NCBI GenBank assembly: GCA_013239625.1
Contig: MU053379.1
Coordinates: forward strand, 2,338,866-2,402,865
DNA from: Lama guanicoe
Taxonomy: Eukaryota
Direction: 5' to 3'
Length of the DNA: 64,000 nucleotides
This document shows, in pieces, positions 37,230 through 49,154 of this stretch. A program made the position numbers and the translations under genes. The notes beneath the pieces were generated by a model. It was not told the DNA's origin and did no database searches. It saw only the letters and a list, made by a program, of their open reading frames with translations. Position 1 is the stretch's first letter. The number at the start of each line of letters is the position of its first letter.

Positions 37230-38183
37230 CAGGCAGATCTCAGAGATACTATGGGTTCAGTTCCAGATCACTGCAATAAAGCAAATATTGCAGTAAAGCA
37301 AGTGGCACCAGTTTTTGGTTTTTCAGTGCATGGAAGTTATATTTACTCTATTCTGTAGTCTGTTAAGTGTGCGATAGCATTATGACTGACAAAAATGCAC
37401 ACATCTTAATTTCAAAATGCTTTATTGCTGGAATACCACTCAGCCATAAGAAAGAATGAAATAATGCCATTTGCAGGAACATGGATGGACTTAGAGATGA
37501 TCCTATTAAGTGAAGTAAGTCAGGCAGAGAAAGACAAATGTCATATGAAATCATTATATGCAGAATCTGAAATGATACAAGTGAACTTACTTAATAGCAA
37601 CAGGCTCATAGACATAGAAAGCAACATAGTTATCAAAAGGGATGGGGATGGGGGAGGGATAAATCAGGAGTTTGGGATTAGCAGGTACCAACTGCTGTAT
37701 ATAAAATAGGTAAACAACAAGGCCCTACTGTAGAGCACAGGAACTCTTTTCAGTGCCCTGTAATAAACCAAAATGGAAAAGAATATATAAATGTATAACT
37801 GAATCACTTTGTTGTACTCCAGAAACTAACACAATATTGTAAATCAATTCTACTTCAATTAAAACAAAAAAAAAAAACCTTATTGCTACGTTTTGCAAAC
37901 CATTGTCTGAGCCTTCAGGGAGTCATCATTTTGCCATCGTAACATCAAAGATCACTGGGCATAGATTACTGTAACCAATATAGTAAGAATAAAACGTTTG
38001 AAATAAATATCGCAAGAAATACCAAAATGTGACAGAGACACGAAGTGAGCAAGTACTGTTGGAAAAATGGCACCGATGGATTTGCTGGATGCAGGGTTGC
38101 CACAAACTTCCAATTTGTTAAAAAAAAAAAAAAAGCTGTATGGGCAAAGCGCAATAAAAGCGCAACAAAACAAGGTCTGCCTA
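37230..38183 (-). mobile_element. Internally deleted Tigger1 MITE (Tigger1a_Art-like), itself interrupted by L1
   Basis: TA|caggcagatctc...aaggtctgccta|TA TIRs with TA TSD; both ends match the recalled Tigger1 termini (tttgctggatgcagggttgccacaaacttccaatttgt). Confidence 0.9.
37430..37877 (+). mobile_element. L1 3' fragment inserted in the Tigger1 MITE
   Basis: ORF 37425-37709 contains EYHSAIRKNEIMPFAGTWMDLEMILLSEVSQ; poly(A) tail; TSD ttattgct at 37422-37429 and 37880-37887. Confidence 0.95.
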
Positions 38184-38734
38184 TAATTTGCTACAAGTCA
38201 TAGAACTCAGGGAAACACTTTATTTACTGTTGCCAGTGTGTTATGTTAATGAGGACTTTATAAAGGATACAGATGAACAGCCAGACGAAGAAGTGCATCT
38301 GGTAAGATCTGTAAGGGTCTCGAGCAGAGGAGCGTCTGTCCCTGTGGAGTTTGGTGTGTCACCCTCTCAACTTTACCAACCGTAAGCTCTCCAACCCCAC
38401 CATTTGGGGTCTTCATGGAGACCATCACGTTGGCGTGATTGATCGTTGGCCACGGGGGCCTGGCTCAGCACCAGCCCCCCTCCCTTCCCAGTGGTGGGTC
38501 TGACCTTGGGGCTGGTTCCCCAGGTGGCCAGCCCCCATCCTGAAGCCTTCCCGGGGGCTTCCAGGCAGCAGTCATCACTGACTTAAACTCAGGCACGACT
38601 GAAGGGGATCTGCCATGAGTGACAAGATGCTTTCAGCATGGCTACCACTCAGGATTGTCCAAGAGTCTTCAGAGCCGGGGCAAAGACCGATTATGTAATT
38701 CTCACGATGCCCCAGGCTCAGGCAGGACAGGGGT

Positions 38735-38940
38735 GGTGGAGTAAGACAGACCCGGCTCTTCCCAGTTCCATTACCTACTTCCCGCGTGACTTTGAGCGAC
38801 TTATCTCAACTCTCTGGGCCTGTTTCCTCATCTGGAAATTGAGAATAAATGCACCTCCCTCCCTCCTAAGGCTCCTGTTGCACGAACTCAACAAGGCACC
38901 CCTAGGAAGCTCTCAGTGCTTGGTACGTAATCGTGGTTCA
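38735..38940 (+). mobile_element. MIR SINE
   Basis: gtgactttgagcgacttatctcaactctctgggcctgtttcctcatctggaaattgagaataa. Confidence 0.75.
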
Positions 38941-39452
38941 GAGGTCGAGGGGCCCCTGAGCGCCGGGCTCTGCACCTGGCCGGGCTGCGTCCCGCTGTGA
39001 ACTGGCACTGGTGCATTTGGGGTGTGGGTTACTCTGCAGGGAGCGGACTCCCCTTGAGCCAGGTGAAGTGCAGCCGGCCGGGGGAAGGTGTTGCCCTCCA
39101 TGTCCATTTGCTCGGCTGTTAAGTAAGGGGCTCCCACAGGGAGGATTTCCTTCCCTGAATTCATGGGTAAGAATCCTGCGTGTTCTTGTTAAATTCCCAG
39201 GCCCGTCCCACACCCACTGAATCAGAACCTCCGAGGGAGGGAACAGAAGCCTTTGGCGTTAACCAGGACCCGGGTGGTTTCTGTCGTAGGAGAGGCGGGA
39301 CAGCACCGATTAACCAGGCGGCCCGTCAAGGTGAGATACTTGAGTCTGTCTCTGCATTTGCCTGCAGTTAGGAGGTAACTGACACATGACACGTGGTCCC
39401 CGGACAGGCAGCACTGGCTTCACCCGGCGTCTGTTAACAAGGCGGCCTCCAC

Positions 39453-39622
39453 CAGTGGTTCTCAAAGTGCAGGCCAGCTTCCAGCGGCCGCTTCACCTGG
39501 GAACTTCTTAGAAATACAGATTCTTGGATTCCACCCCAGACCTAGAGAATCAGATGCTGGTGGTGGGGCCTGCAGTCTGTGTTTTAACAGGCCTGCCGGG
39601 GGAGTCAGGTTTGGGAAATGCT
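39453..39622 (+). mobile_element. MER5A-family hAT MITE
   Basis: cagtggttctcaaagtg...cacctgggaacttcttagaaatacagattcttgg...tgttttaacagg...tttgggaaatgctg. Confidence 0.85.
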
Positions 39623-40254
39623 GCTCTGTGCTGTGGACCTGAGTGAATGAACAGGACGATGCAGAATGCCCAGAAGTGCCTGCCTTCTGGACCTGGCTTC
39701 CGTCCCCGTCTGGAAAATGCCGTGACATCACCTTCCCAGCGGGGTTGTGAGCTCAGCACTTGGATGACCTCACTCCCTGTCTCTCTCTCTGGAAGCCTCA
39801 GTGTTACTGCCACCATCTGATAAGGTGTTCTGTTTTTTCCTGTTTTCCCGCTACACGCCCACGTTTTATTTGCTCTCTCAAAGGCGGCTGCGCAGAGACG
39901 CGGGGGCGGGCCTCAGAGGCAGGACGACCCACCTGCCCGGAACCCTGTAATGGGCAGAAAACCGCCCGCCTGCCGCCGACACCTGCCCGCAGGTGCGCAG
40001 GCAGCCTCTGAGCCAAGACGCAGGGGTGCGGGCTCCTCCCCTCTCCAGGGAAGCCCTGGGGGAAGTGACCTCTCAAACTCTGTGTTGGTCTGCACTGCTG
40101 TTTGCCAAAGCAGCAGAAGAACAAACGGAGCAACGCATCTTTGCTGAATGCCTGGCGTTTTGGCAAAACCCCCTGTCTTGGTGCCACGCCATGTGCGCCG
40201 CCCAGCCTCCCTCCTGTTCAACTCCTTTTCAAAATTTATGTTTAATTTCACAAA

Positions 40255-40400
40255 CACTCTTCCAGGCCTTGTTCCGAGCACTTTAACCCATGGATTTACT
40301 TAATCCCCCCACTGCCATGAGGCCCACTGTGCATGACAGGCGAGGAAGCTGACACCTGGAGGTGGTGAAACTTGCCCAGGGTCACACCACGTGTCAGTTC
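40255..40400 (-). mobile_element. MIR SINE fragment
   Basis: ccaggccttgttccgagcacttta...ttaatccc...gaggaagctgac...aacttgcccagggtcacac. Confidence 0.65.
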
Positions 40401-40477
40401 TGTGGTCACAGTACTTCAGCTTGGAAGGAATTTCATAGAGATAGGACCTGAGACCCTTGAGGTCTTAAAATAAGTTT

Positions 40478-41290
40478 GGTTTTTTGAAACTGAATTATAG
40501 TGATTTACAAGGGTGTGTTAGTTTCAGGCATGCAGCATAGTGATTCAGTGATACATATGTATATTCTTTTTCATATTATTTTTCATTATAGGTTATTACA
40601 AGATAGTGAACATAGTTCTCTGTGCTCTACAGTAGGACCTTGTTGTTTATCTATTCTGTACATAGTAGTTAGTATCTGCTAATTCCAAACTCCTAATTTA
40701 TCCGTCCCCTCTCTTTCGCCCTGGTAACCGTAAGTTTGTTTTCTATGTCTGTGAGTCTCTTTATGGTTTATAAATAAGTTCATTTGTGTCATGTTTTTAG
40801 ATTCCACGTAGAAGTGATGTCATGTGGTGTTTGTCTTTCTCTGGCTGACTTATGCTCATCTCCAGGTCCATCCATGTTGCTGCGAATGGCACTATTTCAT
40901 TCTTTTTGTGCCTGAGTAGTATTCCACTGTATATAGATATACCACGACTTCTTTATCCAGTCATCTGTCGATGGACACTTAGGTTGCTTCCTTGTCTTAG
41001 TTATTATAAATAGTGCTGCTGTGAGCATTGGGGTGCAGGGGTCTTTGAATTAGAGTTTCCCCTGGACATACGCCCAGGAGTGGGGTTGCTGGACCCCAGG
41101 GTAACTCTACTTTTAGCTCTTTAAGGAATCGACGGTGGCCGCACCAAACTGCACCCCCACCGGCAGTGCAGGAGGGCTCCCTTTGCTCCACGCCCTCTCC
41201 AGCGTCTGTCATTTGTGGGCTTTTTGGTGACGGTCATCCTGGCCGTGGGAGGTGACGGCTCACTGCAGGTTTGACTTGCGTCTCTCTGGC
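40478..41290 (-). mobile_element. 5'-truncated LINE-1 with a strongly GC-shifted right part
   Basis: Colinear with the L1 copies at 722-1700 and 31702-32951; ORF 40997-41212(-) contains RFLKELKVELPWGPATPLLG. Confidence 0.95.
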
Positions 41291-41670
41291 TTAAAGTGCC
41301 GGTGCTGTGCCTCGGCCAGCTCTGAGGTGTGGCCCCTCCTCCCACCTCCTCCTGCCGTGGGCTCTGCGTTGGGTGCTGGTTAACTGAGATGTGAGCCTGA
41401 CTCCACTTTCCCCGCTCCTCGCCCACAGCCTGTCCTCACTGGCCACCCACTGCTGTCCCTTTCCCCAGGGCCATCTTTCAGAGTTTCCTGCCTCAGAAAG
41501 TAGGGGTTGTTCTTCTCCAAGACCCCAAGAGCACAACCCCCGTCAGAGTCAGGTTCTACTAGCTTGCTGCAGCCACGGAGAACACCCTAGAAGAGCCGCG
41601 GGGCGGGGGCCCTCTGTAGGAGGGAGTTGAGAGGGGCCTAGTACAGGATTTGGGCTAATTCTAAGGAAGG

Positions 41671-41845
41671 AAGGGTTGCAGATTTGGCAAATGAAAATAC
41701 AGGACACCCAGCTGAATGTGAATTTCAGATATAGCATAAGTACATCCCATGTGATGTTTGGGACATACTTATACTAAAAAGTTATTCATTGTTTGCCTAA
41801 AAGTCAGATGTAACTGGGCTTCCTGTCTTTTATCTGGCAGCCCTG
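41671..41845. mobile_element. MER53 palindromic hAT MITE
   Basis: agggttgcagat...aaaatacaggacacccag...tttgggacatacttatactaaaaa...ctgggcttcctgtcttttatctggcagccctg; TIRs and internal palindrome. Confidence 0.9.
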
Positions 41846-42224
41846 AAGGAGGATTTGAGTGTCATCTGGAAGCAAGGGCAGTTCAGTGACTGGGCGCTTA
41901 GTAACTTTTACCCGGCGGGCCAAAGGAATAAAGGGTACTGAGGCATCAGTGATCCAGATGCAGCCGACACTGTGTGTCAGAAGAGGGGGCCATTCAGTCA
42001 TTTCTCTGGTTTGACGGTCTGTCTTCTGTCTCGTTTCCGACGCGGCCCCCGCTGCCTTGTTGAATTGGTGCGTTGACCTTCTGTGTGTGATCTTTACGTT
42101 CAGGCGGGAGCTTGGCCGTTCTCAGTCAACTTACCGATTCGGGGCTTGTTTCAGAGTCTCCTGAGATGCTGATGGCTGAAGATGCGGGTCCTCAGGGGTC
42201 TGGTCCAGGGCAGCCAGTCCAGGC

Positions 42225-42375
42225 CAGGCCATGGGCTCTCTGGAAGTGCTTTGGACTGTTACAACTTGAGTCGGGGTGCAGCTGGCTGGCTTCCTATCAC
42301 TCACAGCCAGACAGCTTCCACAGCAAAGAATTATCTGGCCCCGAATTTCATTGTGTTGATGTTGAAAAAGTCCTG
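42225..42375 (+). mobile_element. MER20 fragment
   Basis: ctgttacaact...cagacagcttccacagcaaagaattatctggccccgaat...tgttgaaaaagtcctg. Confidence 0.7.
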
Positions 42376-42499
42376 GCCTGCAACATCAATTGGGAAATAA
42401 GCCGTTGCTGAGGCCTCTCTGTCTCTGGGGCTTTCCAGAAGTAAAGAAAATGAAAGCAAGAAAAGTGTGTGCACAATTGGCCCCCACTGTCCTGCATTT

Positions 42500-43030
42500 G
42501 TACTGCCTGAGACTCGGTACTGACCTGGCCATCAGTAGTAGGTGTTTGATAAATATGCTGAATGAATGAAAAAGTGTGTGACTCATGTATGTGTGTTTAC
42601 AAATACATTGTTCATTTCTTCAGCCTGTGTGTGTTCAGCACCTGCGGTGGCAGGGGCTTTCCTGGGCACTGTGATGCGGCGATGGAGGACGCAGGTAACA
42701 ATTAGAGAAACCTGAGCCTGAAGGATGGATGGGCGGGAGGAGCCGGGCTGCCCGCGGGGCTGAGTGCGGAGGGCGTCTCAAGGAGCTGACCTTTAAGCTG
42801 AACTCGGCAGCAGAGGAAGAGGGGAGGGAAGAGCGTTTCCAGACGAGAGAGGCACGCGCACAAGCTGGGAGTGGGGTCTGAGGCTCTGAACGCAGAGCAG
42901 GGTGTGGGTTGGGGGGAGAGGGGCTGGCATGAGAGAGGGCGGGAGGGAAGCAGGGGCCAGTCGCGCTGGGATTCATTCTGAGCGCAGTGAAGCCATGAGA
43001 GGTTTGAAGAAGGATGTGACATGCTCCAAC
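42500..43030. mobile_element. L2 fragments (a + strand 3' end, then a - strand piece)
   Basis: gtaggtgtttgataaatatgctgaatgaatgaa tail; gggaagagcgtttccagacgagag...ttcattctgagcgcagtgaagccatgagaggtttgaag. Confidence 0.6.
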
Positions 43031-44098
43031 ACGTGTGTAGCCCCGGGAAGGCTTGGCATCGGCTCCTGGTCTCTCATCCATCAACCGAGGAGACCAAAGT
43101 GCGTTCAGATCTTCCCTGGTACCTGCCCGTACCCCGAAGGACACACAGCGGGCCCCCAACCTAGCACAGCCCTGCCAGCTTGCTCACCCACCTGCACCGT
43201 GTCCATGTGTCCCCAGGCCACTCTCTCAAAACTCCTCCCCAGTCTCCCCGTCATCTCCGATTTGCTCTCCCTCGCCCTCCACCTCCTCATCTTTCAGGCA
43301 CAGTCATCTCGGTCCATCTGGAGTTGTGGGCTTCTTGTTTTCCTTCTCGGCACCTTCTCAGGACCGGCCCTGCAGACACGGTGCTGGAGCCGGCTGCCCA
43401 CCTGGAAGGCAAGGTGGGGAGGAAGGGCAGGAAGTCTGGGTGATGATTTGTGGTTCAGGCCCACCCCAGGGTTTTTGAAGTAACTTCTCTACCTGAAATA
43501 GGCGGAGTGGGCTAGAGGGAGCCGTCGAGGGAACGGGACAGTCCCTTGGGACAGAGTCAGCAAACGGCCATGCTCAGGCCAGACGCTGCCAGTAGCCGTC
43601 TTTGTGGTGGGGACACAGCCACACCTGATCACGGCGGTGTTGTCCACGGCAGTGGGGCCACACTGTCCAGCAGGCCACACAGCCTGATACACCTGCCCCC
43701 ATGGAGAGAGTTTGCTGACTGACCCCTGACGCGGGGGATAAGTGCATTTTGCTGCTGAACTCTCAAAGGCAGTCTTGAGTGTGGGCAGTTGCATCTCCAG
43801 TTTACAACGGAGCACCTGCCAGGGCCACCAGGGGCATGGGCTCTGAGGCCCTGGCCCATTCTCTTTCCCAAGCCACAGCCCCTGCCTCTGTGGGTCATCA
43901 GAAGTAGTCAGAGTCACTACCCCAGAGCGCTCAGCCTCAGATGCTGAGGGCCAGGTGCATACTGTAAGCCAGCAGAGCCCAGCCAGGTGGAAGTAGATAG
44001 ATGACAGCTGACCCTTGGCCTCAGTATTGGAGCACGCTAGAGAGTGGCGGGGACTGTGGCAACTGGAGAGCAGATATCCCATCTAAAGAGGGTGACAT

Positions 44099-44178
44099 GG
44101 GAGGTGTCGGTGGTGGAGCACAGGCTTGGCATGCACAAGGTCCTGCGTTCAATCCCCAGTACCTCCATTAAAAAAAAT
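44099..44178 (+). mobile_element. tRNA-derived camelid-type SINE
   Basis: gcatgcacaaggtcctgcgttcaatccccagtacctcca plus A tail; TSD taaagagggtgacat / taaagagagtgatat. Confidence 0.88.
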
Positions 44179-44821
44179 TAAAGAGAGTGATATCACCATG
44201 GCCCAGGGTTTTTCAATTTCAAGAAGCTAGAAACCTAGATTGGTATGTAAACCTCCTGAATATGTTTGCACAAACTATCATTATGTTTAAATGCTGGAAC
44301 CATTTTAGGTATAAAGGACAAGGACACGCCCATGTGGGCAAGTCGGACAAAACATAGCTGAGTGTGTCCAGAGGCCTCCAGGGACCTCTGATGTGTGACA
44401 TCCACCTGGATCATTTGGAGTGACTATCAAAGCCTTTCGTGGGGAGGGTGGGTCCTCAAGGCAGCTGGGAGTTGCCCTGGGTTCTCACCAGGGAAGCCCC
44501 TGTACCAGCCTTGAGCCCTGGCTTCTGGGCAAGCCTTCAGCAGGACACTGAGAGCAATTACACACTCCATTTATCTGCAGAGGGAAGGATGCACCCTGGA
44601 GCCAAAGAGGAAACCGAGAAGCAGGAAGGCTGAGCTTGAGGTTGGGGTGGGCGGAGTGGGGACAATGTTCCGGGCGAGCCCCAGAGTCTGAGATGAAGCT
44701 GGGAGAGTCATCCCAGGGACAGCCAACGGGGATTGGCAGCCTCCTCAGACATGATACAGCCTAACGTTACTTTCAGTGCATCAGAGACGTGCGCGCTCCT
44801 GGGGAAATACTGATGGGAAGG

Positions 44822-44985
44822 TCATGGCTTTGGAGTCTGAGGACCTTGGCTGCCAAGCCCTGTTGCTCCATTACCAGCCATATGATGTAGGACACACTCT
44901 CTGAGCCTCAGTTTCCTCATCTGTGAAATGGGATCACGAAATGCCCTGGACTTGTCACTCCAGGATGACATGAGGGTTAAATGAC
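44822..44985 (+). mobile_element. MIR SINE
   Basis: ggctttggagtc...ctctctgagcctcagtttcctcatctgtgaaatggg. Confidence 0.8.
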
Positions 44986-47294
44986 AGGCTCGGTGGTGCC
45001 CGTTGCAGAGCAGGCCCCTGGTTAAACGCAGCCGCCCTTGGCCGAAGCTGGCTGGCAAGGTGTATTTCTTTACCTTCCCTGTGACATGTGACATGGACGC
45101 CCGGAGACCCAGTGGGGACAGCTTCCGTCGTCCTCTGCCCCTCACATCCCTTGCACTGTGGCGGCGAGGCCAGATGAGACTCCTCCAAGGAGCATCACGT
45201 TATGCTCTGTACGCAGGAACTATGGAAAGATTTTGGACATGCGGGGAGGGGGCGTGACCCTGCGCAACTAGAACAATGGTGTGGAACCAGCCGCTCACTG
45301 CAGGCTGCCCGTGAACGAGGGCTGAGAGTAATTCCAGCCCAGAGACACCATCACGTATATCTAAGGGTCCAAGGTCGGAAGTTCTGGGGTTTTCAGAGTC
45401 GAGCCAGGGAGGCAGAAAGCACCCCCAGGCCGAAGGTAGCACTCCACCTTTCTTTCCATTCAGAGAAACCTGTGGTCGTTGGATGAACGTCTCCCGTTTG
45501 GCGGAGCTGGATATTGGGCTCGAGCGGTGGGAAAACCCGCCCACAGGGGACGCTACACCTGCTGGCAAGTCTTTGCTAGTAATCCACTACAGGACATAAA
45601 CCAAACACCGGTCACCACAGCGGCCCCTTGTATACTTTCCCCATGACCACCACCCCCCCCCGCTCCCTCACCCCTGCCTCGCCCCCAGGACCACATTAAA
45701 TGCCTTTAGAGTTTCCCAAAGCCAGAAAAATTCTGACCCACCACCAGCATTATACGTCGTTAAAAGTAATATTTTATTTTTTCCACATGACACAAAAGTT
45801 AACTATGTGATGAAATTAAAATTGTTCCTTTCTGGAAACTTTTGAGGACCAAGTGCTGGGTGAGTCCAGCCAAGGTGAGCATTTTGGGCCCCAGCAGCCC
45901 CGCCCACCACTGGCCTGGGTTGATTTTGGTTGGGGCTTTTATGACCACGAATTTGCCCGGCACCTTCCTTGCTGGTTCCCACTCATCCCCCACCACGGCC
46001 TCATCACCCCTTTTACAGATGAGGAGGTTGAGGCTCCAGGAAGTTAGAGTCATCCTCCCCCAGGCCCCCCAGGTGGCAGGAGCCGAAACTGGGCAGTCAG
46101 CCAGGACAGCGGTTCCACGGCGCATCGGGACACCCAGTGGATCTGCCGGGGGCTGCTGGGCAGGAGGCCGTGGCCGGGGTCCCCGGGAGCCCCGCAGCCT
46201 GGGCAGGAAGAGGTGCGGCCGCCCTGCTCCCTCTTGCTCGAGTTCCAAGCGCACTTGGACGCAGATTTTGCGGACGAGGAACAGAGCCGACCAGACTTCC
46301 CAAAGGAGAGGCTTCCCACCAAGAAGACTGTGCAAAAAAGCGAGCTTTGGAGACGAGCTGGGAGAAATTAGAGAAGCGAGTCCCGCAGCCTGGTTTTCTC
46401 TCTAAAGTGTGTTGTTTTAACTTTTTACCCCCCCTGAGGGGGTGGGGAGGGTGTTTTTATTGATATCATTTCAAATTGACAGAAGAGCTGTGCGCAGAGC
46501 ACACAGGTTTCCTTGGATCATGTCAGGTTCCTAGAACAAATTCCTAGAGACATACAACATATGTACATATATGATATAATTTCACACATATGTACTATAT
46601 AATTTCAAGTTTTCCTAAAAGTTGCAAGAATAGTTCAAGGGACTCCTACATACTCACAAAAGTCACCCGGCTGTAGGCAAGTTCTCACATGAACCAGAAG
46701 GCTCAGACCCCAGGCCGGGCAGGAGCTCGGGCGCTGCTTGCAGACATGGAAGCACAGCGTGTGGGGCTGGGCGGGCTCTCCAGCTCCGGCCCCGAGCTCC
46801 AGCCCCCGGGTCGATGACCCCGCAGGATCTCAGCCCAGCCCCTGCTTCCGGGCGGCCTGTCCAGTGTTGGAAGATTCCCGGCACCCTGTGCTGGGAGGGT
46901 CACTCCTAACCATCCTGGTGTGTGGACATCAGACTGTGGTCCCTCCTGAGTGAGTGTTGGATGTCGTCAGGAAACAGAAGACGCTGAGACGTGGGCCTGC
47001 ACGGCCGAGGGACTGCATTTTATCCTGGCATCTATGCCACCTGCGCATGCCAGCGGGCTGGCCCTGGGTCCAGGTTTCTAGAGCCATTGAAAATGCTGTC
47101 AAGAGGTCACTCCTGTTCACGTTTTGGACCCTCTAGGGCTTTAACTTCTTAGAGGAGCCGAGTGTTCAGAATGTGGAGCTGAGCTGTTGTAACTTATTTC
47201 CTGCAAAAAGGGTCTCTGTAGCATAGATCTGCAAAAAAAATCCCGAAGTGACACAAAAAACTCTGATACCCTATTTTCTGACTTTTATGGATTC

Positions 47295-47770
47295 TGGTTT
47301 TTAATTGTGGTAAAACTATGTAAAACTTACCATTGGACCACTTTAAAGTGGGCATTTCTGTTGCATTAAGTGTCTTCCCATTGTTGTGCAGCCATCACGT
47401 CCATCACCTTCAGACCCTTTTCATCTTCCCAAACTGAACCTCCGACCCCTACGAAATCCTAACCTCCCCTGCCTCCCCGGCCCCCAGCGAGCACCGCGCT
47501 GCTCTCTGTCTGTGAGCTTGACTGTTTTAGGAACCCCGCACGGGTGGGATCATGTGGTATCCGTCCTTTTGGGACTGGCTAGTTTCACTCAGCGTAAGGT
47601 TGAAGTTCATCCGCCATGGGGCGTGTGCCAGCATTTCCTTCCTTTTTCAGGCAGAATGGTATTCCATCGTGTATCTGAGCTGCGTTTTGTTTACCCACTC
47701 ATCCATCCATGAGCGTTTGGGTTCCTTCCCCCTTTAGCGACTGTGAGTAATGCTGCTGTGGACATGGGTT
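47295..47770 (-). mobile_element. L1MB-like 3' UTR fragment
   Basis: ttttaattgtggtaaaa...ttgttgtgcagccatcac...ttttcatcttcccaaactgaa...gtaatgctgctgtggacatgg. Confidence 0.8.
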
Positions 47771-47780
47771 GGATTCTGTT

Positions 47781-47885
47781 GAGTTGGTTGGTTGGTTGGT
47801 TGGTTTTCAATGGAGGTGCTGGGGGTAGAACCCACAACCTTGTGCATGCGGAGCATATGCTCTGCCACCGAGCTACACCCTCCCC
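47781..47885 (-). mobile_element. tRNA-derived camelid-type SINE with a (TTGG)n tail
   Basis: tggaggtgctgggggtagaaccca...ctctgccaccgagctacaccctcccc; TSD ggttggattctgtt / ggctggattcggtt. Confidence 0.88.
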
Positions 47886-48902
47886 TGGCTGGATTCGGTT
47901 TGTAAAGAGCACGTTCTCCGTTCTCTTGCCCTGAATGAGAACGTAAAACGTCTCTTACTAGGCGCACGTCCCCCACAAGGTGCATGGGCGCGTATGTTGT
48001 GGGGAGTGTGTGCTGGGGCTGAAGTCAAGCCTGAATCTTTTGCAAAATGCTGCTCCTGGTGTCTGCGGCTGGGGAGAGGGGGGCAGGGGAGTGCAGTCCT
48101 CTCTACTTGACCCAGATGTCTGGTGACTTAGAGCAAGCAAATTCAAGTTGTCAGAGTTGTGACGGTCTGTGGCTGCTCACCCGACACGGATTTCTTGTTA
48201 CTTTCCTCTGTCTTATCTTCCAGTCACACTGCAAGCCTTTTGAGGGACAAGGACAGTGTCTAATACCTCATTTGGTGTCCATTTAGCCCCGTGCCCTAAA
48301 GGTGGCCGGTCTCCCATAAATGTGAGTTGACAGTGGCCCACATCCCCAATGTTTTTTGAGCATTCTCAATTAATTTATTACCGGTGTGACAGTGGTGAGT
48401 TAAGCATTTTTTTATTCATTGGAAAAAAAAACTACAAATTACAAAATTTTTATAATAAACCTAAATAAAGTAAGCAAACATTCATAAAAGTATGAGGGCT
48501 ACAGAATACAAATAAAGCTCTTTCTGTAGCTCACATTGAACTTAATCTCTGTTCCACAATTATTTTGCTGAGTAATTAAAATGATCACAAATATGGGCAA
48601 AGGATTAAACTCAGGTTTATCTCTAATCTGCTTGGTCTGTATCCACTGCTAAGTCTTGGTGGATGTGTAAAAGAAGAAAGGATTCAGAAGCAGCCTCTCA
48701 GGAAGTAGGGACGTATGTACGCCTTTACCAGGGCTTCCAGATTAAACTCTTGAGAGTGAATGGTTATCATGACTCTGAGGTGCAGTCTGCAGGGGTAGAA
48801 TACTTGAATCTACTTTCTAAGGCATCTAATCAACTGTCTTTATGGCAAAGATAATAAAAGTATTTTACCATCATGCTTCATTACAATGCATGACCACACT
48901 TT

Positions 48903-49154
48903 GTTATTTTTTTTATATTGAAGTGCCGTCAGTTACAATGTGTCAAACTCTGGTGTGCAGCACAGTGTCCCAGTCATGCATATACATACATATATTCATT
49001 TTCATATTTTTTTCATTAAAGGTTATTACAAGATATTGAACATAGTTCCCTGTGCTGTACAGCAGAAACTTTTTAAAATCTATTTTTACATATGGTGGCC
49101 AACATTTGTAAATCTCAAACTCCCAAATTTATCTCTTCCCACCCCCTCTCCCCA
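48903..49154 (-). mobile_element. Short L1 3' end
   Basis: L1 3' UTR; perfect 15-bp TSD gcatgaccacacttt at 48888-48902 and 49155-49169. Confidence 0.92.

Larger units (their letters stand above)
36940..38715 (-). mobile_element. MER21(C)-like LTR interrupted by the Tigger1 MITE
   Basis: cacttctgacaccaaatgt...gggtgtcctacaatttgattcaattctgac...gtcccacaagactgcccc; resumes at 38184 with gaactcagggaaacac...ataaaggatacagatgaacagccagacgaag; ends ggggcaaagaccgattat. Confidence 0.85.

Noticed and set aside
42634..42652. REST/RE1 site (TTCAGCACC)
   Set aside because: Only the left half-site is present, and it lies within an L2 remnant
48330..48880. Possible decayed hAT transposase C-terminus on the minus strand (VPTS*EAASES)
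   Set aside because: Similarity is too short and weak to support without an HMM search
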